Under the pieces are notes generated by a model. The model ran no database searches. It was not told the origin of the DNA and saw only the letters and a list, made by a program, of their open reading frames with translations. From Priapulus caudatus (taxonomy: Eukaryota), in assembly GCF_000485595.1 (NCBI RefSeq), contig NW_014577062.1, forward strand, positions 884,244 to 945,075: DNA of 60,832 bases. Reading direction: 5' to 3'. How positions within the stretch are numbered: position 1 is the first letter of the stretch; each line of letters opens with the position of its first letter. Positions 38,132 to 50,100 of this stretch are shown here, piece by piece. Both the position numbers and the translations under genes were made by a program.

Positions 38132-38750
38132 TGGGGAGTGCGAGAAAGAGAGAAAGAGAGTGGGAGAACGCCAGATAAGGTACGAAAATATGGCAGGTGA
38201 CGGTACGACGGCGAGGATGTACAAACGCGTGTCAATCTATAATCGGAAAGGCCCCCCTCCAAAGCCGATGTACGTGTCCCGAAAACTGCGCGATGTTAGG
38301 CTGCCCGCTATACGCATTCGCGCGCCCGCTTGAAATGTTTACATATGTATTGGACCGTTTATGGCACGCATAATTGATTCCAATAATAACAACCACCTTC
38401 AAGGACCTCCCCATAAACGACATGCCTTCTGAATTGGAATTACTATATTCCAACAATATTCCTATAATAGTATAAGTATAATTTATAATAATGGGTAGGG
38501 GCCTAGGGGCCTACCGTACTACTACTATCTATTACTAAATAGCGAAATAAAAACTGTGTTGTTATTGAAATTGAGTCTGTACATCAAACACATATAGTGC
38601 AAAGTTACATTTAGCCATTTCACCACAACAAAATAAATCCACTGACTTCGAATTTAACAAGGCCGTGGTTTCTTACTTTTTATCTAAATAGTCAAACGGA
38701 AACGTAAAGATTTTGCTGAATATTTTGCTTTTACTTGTGGGTGCCGCCAT
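24470..38750 (-). CDS. SMG8: Nonsense-mediated mRNA decay factor SMG8, 873 aa, 19 exons
   Basis: Exons 5'->3': 38677-38750 (aagATGGCG, MAAPTSK), 33807-33927, 32758-32817, 32447-32569 (IYLHLTS), 31922-32073 (LLFLFHISHVLLFVRPTCTF), 31384-31564, 29666-29754 (LQHSLEDQIYRILRKSR), 29332-29459, 29054-29190 (GFDDNV..HFE), 28383-28522, 27949-28036, 27519-27674 (HARGP..GRQLCEEISLTGQHC), 26988-27128 (ACNCGR..RDDPF), 26649-26847 (AANYDFYQ), 26256-26345, 25912-26061 (STTEYLEGMLH), 25447-25596, 25008-25188 (EYECPRGHRF), 24470-24731. Total 2622 nt, open frame. Exon 1 is assigned from phase and Kozak context and is less certain. Confidence 0.95.
26516..26600. repeat. (GCACAT)n/(GCAC)n microsatellite
   Basis: Direct reading. 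Confidence 0.9.
29995..31126 (-). mobile_element. Helentron-associated (HINE/DINE-1/pearl-like) non-autonomous element, copy 1
   Basis: Minus strand reads TTTTTAGCTCACCTTGAC..GTCAAGATGAGCTA (subTIR + inverted repeat), (GTCC)n microsatellite, and at the far end GGTGAGCTAC + AGTGTCAtTGACACT stem-loop; no TSD. Confidence 0.85.
32125..32176. mobile_element. 52-bp CAGGAG...CTCCTG micro-element
   Basis: Hairpin; flanks tatatat / tacatat (6 of 7 match); same length and ends as 39856-39907. Confidence 0.6.
32950..33167. mobile_element. 218-bp non-autonomous TIR element, 5-bp TSD
   Basis: TAGGGTTCTCCAAG ... CTTGGAGAACCCTG; atcac on both flanks. Confidence 0.75.
33305..33529. repeat. (TG)n microsatellites flanking (TAG)n and a 10-N gap
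   Basis: Direct reading. Confidence 0.95.
35409..36283 (+). repeat. ~175-bp tandem repeat, 5 units, inside a HINE-like element
   Basis: ttaacgagag recurs at about 35410, 35585, 35761, 35932 and 36107; followed by (GGAC)n and agctgcatctgactgtcagatgagctaaaaa at 36350-36380. Confidence 0.92.
36420..36775. repeat. AT-rich low-complexity / ~28-bp degenerate tandem repeat
   Basis: atctatatattcattgattcatttattt units. Confidence 0.8.
37100..37282. repeat. 50-60 bp tandem repeat, ~3.5 units
   Basis: attagtctactaattattattaattaattattgaattagtctagtcatga. Confidence 0.85.
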
Positions 38751-38790
38751 CTTGAAACATATAGTGTCAACGTTTACCGTAAGATGGCGC
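38743..38790. promoter_or_regulatory. Two divergent YY1-type AAGATGGCG motifs at the SMG8 start
   Basis: gccgccatctt (minus strand, overlapping the ATG) and aagatggcgc (plus strand, 38781). Confidence 0.45.
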
Positions 38791-38940
38791 TTAAACACAG
38801 CAAAAGTTAGGGTCCCTATATACAAATCTGTATATAGGGACCCTAGCAAAAGGCAGAGCCGGAAAAACAGGAGTCTATCAATATTGATCGCAATATTGAT
38901 CTCAATATTGATAGACTCGATCCTGATATAAATAGTGGCC

Positions 38941-39097
38941 CAAGGATAGAGAACATGGTCCCAATAAAACCAATGTGCCTAATAGTAACCCTAACCCTAA
39001 CCCTAACCATAACCCTAACCTTTATATTGATATAATATTATATTTATATTGATGTAAATGACATTGGTTTTATTGGGACCCATGTTCTCTATCCTTG
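38941..39097. mobile_element. MITE carrying (TAACCC)n telomere-like repeats
   Basis: 36-bp arms caaggatagagaacatggtcccaataaaaccaatgt / acattggttttattgggacccatgttctctatccttg with about 5 TAACCC units inside. Confidence 0.8.
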
Positions 39098-39855
39098 AAC
39101 CTAAATGGCCATATCAGTCTTTATATACGCCTCTGGCAAAAGTGTCTGTGTAGAGTGGTGTAGACTAATATCATGAGCATCAAAAGCATATAGAGTGATA
39201 CACTCCTTTTCACATATTTGTTTAATGAGTCACTTATTATTATTTCTGCTTTACATTAGAGATATTCAAACACCTATGATAATTTTTCTAAAATTGCAGT
39301 TCCTGGTGATTGATGAGCAACGATCACCAACTCTTCAATGATCATCAACTCACCAATGATTTTGATGTTACTTTAGCGAGCATTGCTGTTTCCACTCCGA
39401 TTAAATTACATCTGTAACATCACTGTCATCAGGAAAACAGCCTTCCAAATATCAATTGCAATATTGACAATTAATTAAATAATGCGTGTATCGTTAACGG
39501 CACATGAAATATTTACTCTTGCAATACGTACCTGTACGTATTGCAAAAGTAAACATTTAAACAGGCTGTATAAATAAAGATAAAGTTGCATGCTTGTGCA
39601 TGCATGGTTCTCATTAAAATTCTTTATTTTGATGAGCTGCAATCTATAACTTAATTATCGTTGTACCAGTTCAAATATTTTTCCAACAGACTCATACAAT
39701 GATACATTATTCATAACCTGCATTCACTACTATAACTTGACCATGTGCACACAAGCCACTTCTTTAGAGATGTGCACTCTTCCCGTCCAACAGACTATAA
39801 AACCGGCACCTTCCTATATATATAGTGACATAGGAAGCAGGTATTATGATCATAT

Positions 39856-39907
39856 CAGGAGTAAGATAATATAGATTCTATATAGATTCTATATTATCTT
39901 ACTCCTG
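39856..39907. mobile_element. 52-bp CAGGAG...CTCCTG micro-element with 7-bp TSD
   Basis: 20-bp perfect arms; atcatat at 39849-39855 and 39908-39914. Confidence 0.75.
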
Positions 39908-40349
39908 ATCATATCACAATCATTATAGTGTCATCCAATATCAGAATGATATAGAAACCAAAAACATAAACAATAACAACCAAATTAATAACAATTAACC
40001 CCCACATTTCTCCCTCTACGCATGCAGAGACCAATCAAATTGAAAGCCAGATTCTGACTTAAATCATTGGTTTAAATTACAGTATACTAGCATGTATTCA
40101 ACCAACAAGGTAATGAATAGGAGCAATAAACTAAATAAACGTCTATATATGTCAAACAAACACATTGTTCTGCATACCCTGTTAATATCAGTTATATATA
40201 GCGTAAAAGCCGCTACAAAAATCCCACGATTGCAAATACTGACATTAGAAATGTTGCTATAGTAATGCCATAGTTATGAAACAATTCCAAGACTGAAACT
40301 CATATCAACAGCTAGCTTACGTGGAAAATTCCTAGATTTCGATACTTGT

Positions 40350-41084
40350 TCAGCGTTTAAGCCACCGTGAGAGAGTGCCAAATGCGGCATCAAATGTAGA
40401 CAAGTTCGGACATGATCCGCGCTGCAAGAGCAACAATGACCCAGCCTCTACTGCATGTCCTGCTTCTTCTAACTGGGCTACCACATTTTCGATGTTATGC
40501 GATGCCTCAGATTTGTGCTGATTCACTAACAGGTACTCAATGAGAGGTTGGTAGTATGGTGTACCCACAGTTTGTGGCACATGGCAGTTTTCAAGCAGCA
40601 AGCATAGAGTGTCATCATCAATTTCAACTTTCTCCAACTCCTGTAATATGATAGAATTCATTTTTTTAAATATCAAATCCTATCTCTAAGCATTTTAATA
40701 TATTCAAACATTTCTTTATTTAATAGTTCAACATTCTAAGAAGCAATATCCTGATAACATTTTGTGCACAATCTTTAAATGTACTCATTTTGTTATTGTA
40801 AGTAGCAAGAATATAATTACTAATAATAGTGAAAAACCATTTACTTGCTGTACCTGTAATATTGTAGATAGCTTATGTATGACTGTGTGATGAAGCTCAG
40901 GATATGGTGCTAATAGTGCCAACTTAAGAGCCTGCAAGTGGTGGTCACCCATCAATTTGTCACAGAAATGACTGTAGATCTAATAAAAGAAAAGAAAATT
41001 GATAAGAAACCAAGTAATCAAGTTAGATCAGAGTCAAATATATGCAAAAATAGATTGCTGATATAAATAAACACATAAATAAAC

Positions 41085-41137
<53 letters not shown>

Positions 41138-44100
41138 GGAAGGTACACCAACTATATTCTTGCACTTTGATTGAAAATTGTGAACAAATTCTACACTAAA
41201 TGACACTATGAACAATCTGCTGATGCCTGGATAGGTGCAGAATCAGCCACCGAGTTCTGATTTTGAGAACTACAACTGCTTTCAGCAAACTGCTGCATAT
41301 TATTTAAAAACATGGCTAAGAGGAATGAGATAGTAGGTGAATAAATATTTACTTGTAAATCAAAATGTCGTTGTAGTTTGTGTATATGCCTTGCTATCGT
41401 CACCACACGTTCTGGCCCATCTGCATGATTGCTATCAAGCATCTGCATTAAAAGCCTTAGCCAATCGTTCTGTGCCTGTTCCCTGCAATGATATATGTAA
41501 TTTATTAGTTTTAATGCACCTTCAGCTACATGGCAAACACGTGTATACTGTTCACCAAAAATTATTAAAAATATAAACACTGGACAAAATTAGAGGATGT
41601 AATGCGAACTCAGGAGATGGGCCACATTTTTACAAATCATAGCACGACATATAGTGCGGAGGCATATGCATTTAAACACACATGCTAATAAACAACTGTG
41701 CTACATTAGCAGAATAAAAAATACCTTTGTTGAATGAAAGGTGGCCAACTGAGCAATAGTTCTATGAGTGCAAGCAACTGTTCAAACGTAGTGCTAGTTG
41801 AGAGTAGGCCATCAAACAGCTGAAGTCGCGTTGTCTCTGTTACAACGTTTTCAGGTGCCACCTAAGAACGGTCAGAAAATATTATGTGATGAGTATCCAA
41901 GAAATAATTGCAAGAAAACGTTCAAATAAAATTTAAATACTGCATGTATTTCAGCGTTAATGCAGTTAATGTCGTCTACCTGCAATTGTGGCCAGCCACT
42001 GCCAACAAGAGCTTGTGTTCTGTACAAAACAAGGAGCTCTTGATCCTCAGCCTGCATGTCGAATTCCTGATAATTAAAAGCTTACCGTAAGTAAAGTTCC
42101 CATGACAGCCAGCAAGATATCTTTGAACACTTTATTTGTAATTGTCTGCAGTACATACATATGTACATAACCTTAGTTCACAAGAGAGTTAAACCAGCAT
42201 TGTCTCTAGTACACGCACATCGACAGAAAGTATGGATGGTTTCATTACACTCTATGAAATACATCAACGAGAGCAACAATGCAACTGTGCTGCATACCTT
42301 CTCGAGCACAGTGAGGACATCCAGGCGAGACTGCGTGGGGACAGTGACGTTGCAGCAGTAGGGCCGCAGCACTGATAGCACGTCCTCCTCACTAACGTTG
42401 CTACTCGTCTTCACCGCACTCACGATTCGGCTGAGTGACTTCAGTTCATCCTGGGTGCCTGCTTTAGGTGCTGACCTGATAACGAATACAAGAGCCAAGT
42501 TAACACGATAGTACACTGGTACCTGTATATATCTGGTAATATCATATATCAAAATAGAGTATAAAACAAAAATAGTTGCATAGTTTATTTGCTGTACGCG
42601 TTTCGACGTTGACATGCCTTCTGGATCATTGTATTATACAGTATTTACTTTATTGCACACACGAGCCTTCGAGTTGTCTCCTGCACCATGACTGTTAGAG
42701 AGGAAGTGACAGCTGGCGACACCTGTAGGAATTTTCCGACTTCATCAAGGGAAGTGCCATGTTCTAGCAGCTTGTACACCAGCGACTTCAGATTGTCCTC
42801 CTCGCCTCGACTCAGATCAAACTCCTGTGCACACTCTTGTAGGAATGGTGTGCCTGAGGCCTTCGTTGTCTCAATGAAATCAGTATAGACCATGTTGAGA
42901 TGACCTAGCCATTGTTCCAATGTTTCTTCGCATACTTTCCATTTCTCATTCTTGCCATCTGCTGTCTGTGATTTAGCATACTGCTGTCTGGAATGCTTAA
43001 GTGCTCGCCTGATGATCTCTTGCCTTGTCGCTACAATTGGATTGGATTGGGCAAAGTAATCAAAACAGATCTTTTAGTTATGCGTCATATACACATAGAA
43101 AATACGAATTTTAAATTACAAAATCTACAAAAAAAAGTACCGAGAGGGCTAAAAGAATTGCAAAGGCATCACTTACCCATGTTCATGTTTTTCATAGATG
43201 TGGGAATAAACACTACGCTGCCAATGAAGCTCAGCAAATCTTCAGGTAGCAGACGCGATACGAACTCCCCAGACATTTCATATCTATGTATCCAGTCTGC
43301 CTGATGGAAGTAATACATACTAATTATTAACATATGCGCTATACTAGGCATACTAGGCATACTAGGTATACTAGGCATGCTTCACACGAGCATAACTTAC
43401 ACGTCAGAAATCCTATCGATTTTCCAGATCTGAATACGAACCAACACCCATATGCTAGCTACCAAATGGACACCCATCACGTGAAACCAATAGACAACGA
43501 TACGTCATATGCAAGGTGATCGAAATTATCTCACTACCTGGGTCTTCTGAGGAGCCTTCAGCTGCTCTGCCTTGCCGTCCACTCTGAACAGCTTAACCGC
43601 CCACCTGGAGAAGACTGCGCTGGGCGTGAGAGGTGCCTTGCCATCGAGGCTCGGCAGCTTCGGAGCGAGCTTGGCGAGCACGTGAACATTGTTGGCGGTG
43701 AGCACGCTGTCGATGGCATCGAGGGAGGAGCTCGCGCCGGACACCAGACTCTTGTAGTTGAGCCCTGCAACAGATTCCAGAGATATTCATAGCAGGAGTG
43801 TCTGCAGTTTTACAGGTTGACAAGGGTTTGCCTGGTGAATTGATGGTTACTAAATGATTAAATAAATAAACATATTAATAGATTTAACACTGTTTGAGGG
43901 CACACGTTTGCATCACGCTAGGTGATCTTGTGGCATTGTTCCTTCTCGGCTCAAGCAGTTGGCATCAAACTGCTGTGTGCTGGTGATGCTAGTCTATCAA
44001 TACGAGAGCACAGTCGGCAGGTGGGAACACACGCACGCCCGCACGCGCGCACGCAGGCATGCACGCCCGCACGAGCGCACGCAGGCACAGACGCCTGCAC

Positions 44101-47100
44101 GCCGCACGCACGTACAGACACATATACGACTGCTCACCTGGCGCTGCCGGCTTGATCTTCCTTAGCAGCCTGATGTGCTCGGCTGCAGGCATGTCGCCGT
44201 CGCGGCCATGCTCGCCGCATGCCTGCAGCGTGCTGTAGTAGTAGAGCAGGCGCGCGTGGTCGGTGCCGTGGATCGACGGGTACACGTACGTGCGCATGCG
44301 TTCCCACAGCACAGCCGGCTCACTCTGCAGCTGCGGCAGGATGTCCAGACGCTCCAGCTGCGCCTCAACCTCCGGTGTCGTCATGCTGCCAATTAACACG
44401 GATACATAGTACTCGCCGCCGGCCAAGAACTGGGGGCCACAGGAGCATTTACATCGCGGCCCCTGTCACGTTTCCAACCTGTGAATCCTTCTACCACACT
44501 TCTACTACTGTGTAAGAACTGATCATTTATGGTCCCAAGTGTCAGTATACCACTTTTGCTTGAGCTTTTGAACATAGAATGAACGGACAAAATCCAACAT
44601 GCAGCCAGTGAAAGTGATCACGTACGAACAAACGTACATGCGGGTATTTAAAATACTATGGAATTACAGACTAGTGGTACGACATACCCACTCTCGGTGA
44701 AGAGAAATTCTAGATGGCACATGTAAACCTCCCAAAGTGGCACGTTGTAGCTTTCAGCAAGTGACACAGCGACATCATATACCTCCGGCTCCAAACTCCT
44801 GTAATGATTTTACCCACACCATGTATTTACATTCACAAGTCACTATCCTTTGTCAAGTTTGCTTGTATATAACGTGACAAAACAGCTGACGAAAACCAGC
44901 ACATAAATTCACACTTTTGTCCTTTGAGACCAACGAGAACCAAATGAGACCACACATAACTTCCATATTAGAAATTATGGAGATGCTTACATGGAGAGGC
45001 CTAGAATTGTCTCGCGCTTGTACTCAGCATCCTGAGCAAACCTCACAACATCCACCCCTTTTCGCAATCCTTGCAAGACCTTCGCTTGCATGTAATCAGT
45101 CAGCACCTTATCATAATGCTGCAGCCGGACCAGCAGCGACGCCCCACGTCCTACATCGTTCACACTCTTGGCCTTTAATCGTCACACACAAGAGGAAAGA
45201 CATCAGTGCAAAGTTATGCATGAAATTGCACTTGGAAAATTCAAAAACAACGAACTAGCAGAAGTTTATTGCAACAGAAAGACTATTATGAAGTTACATC
45301 TTCTGCATGTTGTGTTATTTCACCTGAACTTGATTATTTTAACTGCTCAACACTATTGCATCCATCAGATCTTTTCTCCACACAAAAATACTGTCTTCAG
45401 TACACGTATTTGCATTTGAATTATATGCAATAAAGATTTAATAATAATAATAAATCAGACCAACCTGTTTGATGACATCGGCAGGATTGTTCAAGAACAG
45501 CTGCTGTATGTACTCTGGTGTTGGTGCATCTATGGAGCAGATGAGCAGAGCATAGTAATACGATGCCAGCTGCAGCGGCAGGACCTTACTTGGCAGTTTC
45601 TCAAAACACTGGTCTGCATCGGTAGGCTGAAACATATGGCATCAGAATGCTTTCACTCACAAGCACGTGCAACAGTTTAACAAAACACAGGTGAAATACC
45701 TGCATAGTACCAGTCGATTGCCTGCACACTGGAGAGTTTGTAGCACAGCAATATCAAATGAAATGGAACAGTTTAATATAGAACAAAAATTATGTGTATT
45801 TTTAAATAATTATTGACATCATATGGCAAATTATGATCGTGTAATCTTCACAAAAATCACATGTTGTCTCACTAGTCTTGAAATACTTTCTATACATTCA
45901 GTTATCATGAACACACGGTCGTAAGATGACCGATGAAATACCTGCGCGAGAACGAGAAGGTACGCGAGTCCTAATGTGGTGTCGTGCGGGAGCATCTCCT
46001 GTGCAAGATTGAGTATGGCTTCAGTAGCTGGCTGCGCAGCCTCCCCGTGATTCAGGGCTTCCTCAAGCTTGGCAGCTCGCAGCAGCAGCATGCTCAGCTC
46101 CACGCTGCTGTTAGAGTGCTCCGCAAGCGAACATCCGTCGTAGTTCATCAGTACCTGAACAACGGGCGACATCCACGCTCCGTCACTACAGAGACCGGTA
46201 ACATTGCAACACACAAACAGGTGTGGATTGGCTTGCGATGTAAGCTACACAGCGTGGAATCGGCAGCACATGTACATAGCGACTATTACTTTATATTAGT
46301 CAGAAAATCATTTGTCATTTCTATGATTTAGACTTACTGTTAATACAGCTTTAACAGTCTGTCAGCGCACAATAATAAAGCAAGCCAGCTTGCTGTCACA
46401 ACAGCTCTGCTCACCTTGCTACTAAGTGCTTTCGGCATGACCGAAGAGTAGAATGGATGGCAGCCCTGCTGAACCAGGTCCTGGTTCTCTAACCACTCAT
46501 CCTCCACAGCTTCATTCCGCTTGTGCCTCAGCCAGCGCCTTGGCTGATTCCACCACTTCTTCTCTTTCATCCTACCGAGCAGCGCTCGAGTTGTGGATGT
46601 CGTTGATGACAGCACTTGTTTCGTCGTGTGTGTGGTAGAAGCCAGAACATGCTTCGTTAAGTCCTTCGTCTGCTCAAAGGCTCTCACAGCTGTGTACATG
46701 TCAGACTTCTATCAAAAGTAAAATAATAGACATTTAATTTAAAATGACGTACATTAAATACATACTTCGATGATTAAGAGGGATTAACCAAGATCGTGTT
46801 ACAACGATAAAAACCTCAGAGGCAACAGAATTCACTAGGTATGGATCCGCAGACAATCGGCACTGGGGTGCAACCACCTTAGAGAAATGCTGCCACTGCA
46901 AAATGAAAGTGTCAATGACACTGTAGCTCACCTTGGGTGTGATATAAGAGGGAGGAGGGATATATAAAGCAAGAGTATATATGGGAGAACTCCCATTATA
47001 TAGCATATATCCCATTATATACTCTTGATAATAATATATGCATAAGTTTTGATGCAAAAATAAATGTTTCAGATCTGAAAGTCTGAAATCTCGACGAGAG

Positions 47101-50100
47101 ATGGCGCTACGCCTAAATGATCGCCATTTTGGTTTTCAAATATCGCGCAAATAAAAACAATAAAATATTCCAGTCAAATTACTGTAACGAAGAATCTAAA
47201 ACACAATATTACACGTATATAGGTATGATTGTAGAGAGGTTGACCAGTTAGATGAAATAAACGTAATAGGACGTTGTCATCTCTCCCATAGGAGTAACAA
47301 CTGTATTCAATTTTAAACATGTTGATCAAACCGTTCTTGAGCTATCGTTGACCATAGGCAGACACTGAAATGCATAGTGAAATTGCCAAAATCTACCTAA
47401 TTTGCATAATTTAAAAAAAATATCAAAACCCGTGTGATATTTGTTTTGGGGCCAGTCCTTATTCATTCACATACTAGAAATGAGCAAAATCTCCGTTGAA
47501 CATGAATTGACTTATGGCTATTTCCATTTTTGCCAAAAAGTGGACGTGGCTCAAATGTAGGTCGACTGGCGTGCTCCAAAATAGGACGTTCAAACCTCTC
47601 CCATTGGAGTAACAACTATATGCAATTTGAAACATGTGGGTCAAACGGTTCTTGAGTTATCGTTGACCGTAGCCAAATGTTGACGGACAGACGGACGGAC
47701 GTACGACGGAAGACACCCCATGGCAATAGCTCATCTTGACGATGTCAAGGCGAGCTAAAAATAACATACGCACCTGTTTTTCATCAGCCTGCATGGAATC
47801 CTCAGATGCTGTGTTTGCACGATTTGTCGCAGGACTGGATTCCCTACTGCGGCTTCCCCTTCTATCACCCGGCTCATGGCTTCCCTCTCTCTCGCCCTGA
47901 CCAAGAACCCTGTTCAAACTCTGCATCTCCAGGAGAGCGCGGCTCTTCAGCAGCGAGCCCAGCTTGTCCGGCGTGCAGTGGACGAGCGCGAAATCGGCGA
48001 GGAGCCGCCGCGACGCGACGTCGTCAAACTCGTCGCAGCGCGCGAGTGCCTCGCACGTCTCCCAGCCGGCTGCGTATCCGTCGACGACGACGTCGCAGCA
48101 GAACGCGGCGGCGCCGGCGTGGTCGCGTCGCGCGAGGGCCGCGCCTGCGAGCATCACCAGCACGCGGCCGCGCTGCTCGCGCCCGTCCCCGCCGCACGCG
48201 CGCAGCAGGCGGGCGAGCCGCAGGAGGCTGGTCGCGCTCGCGTACGCGTCGGGGCGCGACGTCGCCGCGCGCGCCACCAGCGAGAATCGCTCGCGCTGCA
48301 GCCGCACCTCCACGGGCAGCGCCGACACGCCGAAGTCGTCTAGCAGCGCGAGCGCGGCGATGAGGTCGAGCTCCGTCTGCACGGCGGCGGGCGTGTCCGT
48401 GATTAGCTGCAGGCAGCGGCGCGCCAGCTCCATGCTGCCGTCCATCAGGTTGGCAGCAGAGTTGAAGTACTCCTGCGCGGACCGAACGACGATGTCCACA
48501 GCCTTGTCGTAGACAACCTACGCACAGGCGAGTACAGCAGCGCTTCTTAAACTGGTGAATGGTTCGCCCAAAGGTGAATGAAATTATTTTGGGGTGAATG
48601 AAAAATGGGTAGAAAATATAAGGAAATTTAGTCGCGGGTGAATAAAATTTTGTGATAAAGACTCGAGGGCGAATGACACTGAAATACTGGACACTGATGT
48701 ACAGTACAGTACTGTAGTGGCAACTAGATCAATGTATCAAACGATAAGTACACGCTATATTTTTTTGGATTCACATATATTTGGCACAGGAGACTTGGGT
48801 TAGAGCTAAAGGGTCTGGCTCCACGGGATTAGCTTCCAGGGTTTCTTGTGAATGCTTGCATCCTTTTACCAAGGACAGACACACTCCATCTCATTTCTAC
48901 AATGTTGAATCCAGCCTATATTGTCGCTTATTGCACCGAAACTCGCGCGGTGCAGGACGCAGAGCTACAGAAACGAGAACTTAAGACGAGCATGTATCTT
49001 CAACGCGCACCGACCTTCTTGAAGGGTGCCAGCGGGTCGTTGCTGCACGTCTCCATCATGTCCCCGGCGAGCCTAATGTTCTCGACGCGCTCCGAGCCGA
49101 GCAGGCTCTCACAGAATATCGCGTAGCAGTGCTCGGCGCGCAGGCAGCGGTACACGCATCTCTGCAGCTCCAGCATGCTGTTCAGCAGGTGCTTCCATTC
49201 GACCTCGGTCAGCGGTGGCGCACGACGAGCTGCAAGCAACGTCACGAGAACGCTGCATTCCATCACCAATGCTGACCTTCACCAACCACCCTCCCCCTCG
49301 TTCGCAAGACAGTATTGTCGATGACAAATTTTGGTCATTATCGTTAACCCCTGACAGTACGTAACCTGCCTATGTACTGCAGTAGTATGCCCATCGATCT
49401 ACTAAAACAACTGTTCGACTATCCAACATCGTGTATTTTTCGCATTGATAGTTCGGGCAGTCCAATATCAGGTCTTATTCGCATGACAGTTGGGGCAGTT
49501 ACTGTCTATGCTCACCTGCCGTACGTGTCAGCTTTACGAGCAACTGTTTTGCATCCTCAGCATCACTCTCTGTCTGCCTGATGAAGTGCAAAGGTGTCGG
49601 CAAGCCGTGAGTCTCCAGAATCTTTGCCGCCTTGAGATGATCAACTAGTGCATTCACCTGTACAATGTAACATTCCATTTGTAGGTACATAACAGAGGAG
49701 GTACGCATTCTAAAATGGTATTTGATGCATTAACGGCAAAAATAAGTCACACATTTAGGCTAAATCAGGTAAACAAAGTTTGCAGGTATTGTTTCATTTG
49801 CAGGTATATAACATACAGTGCAGATATCCTTCTGACCATTAGTGGCGAAACACTCTGTAAAACCAACAATATGTTCACGGATGGATTGGATGTATTTTAA
49901 ATGATCCACATTTGCTCTTACTTGTTTTCACACATATAACAATGAAAGTGTCAACGACACTGTAGCTCACCACAAAAAAGGACACAAATGAGTGAGTAAG
50001 AAGAAGTCAGTTTTAATTGAGCAACCATCGACATACATTATAGAAACGATTGCCATCTGTATATCGCAATAATTTATAAACCAAAATGAATCACAATTTG

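Noticed and set aside
38784..38931. Divergent small gene from the plus-strand aagATGGCG
   Set aside because: It stops after 8 codons and the downstream sequence is made of hairpin insertions.
40641..40868. Shared atattacag at the end of the penultimate NBAS exon and of the last intron (intron gain by duplication?)
   Set aside because: Only about 9-10 nt and partly splice consensus; insufficient evidence.
47806..48512. Antisense ORFs of 155-185 aa
   Set aside because: Expected shadow of the very high GC content in the NBAS exon.
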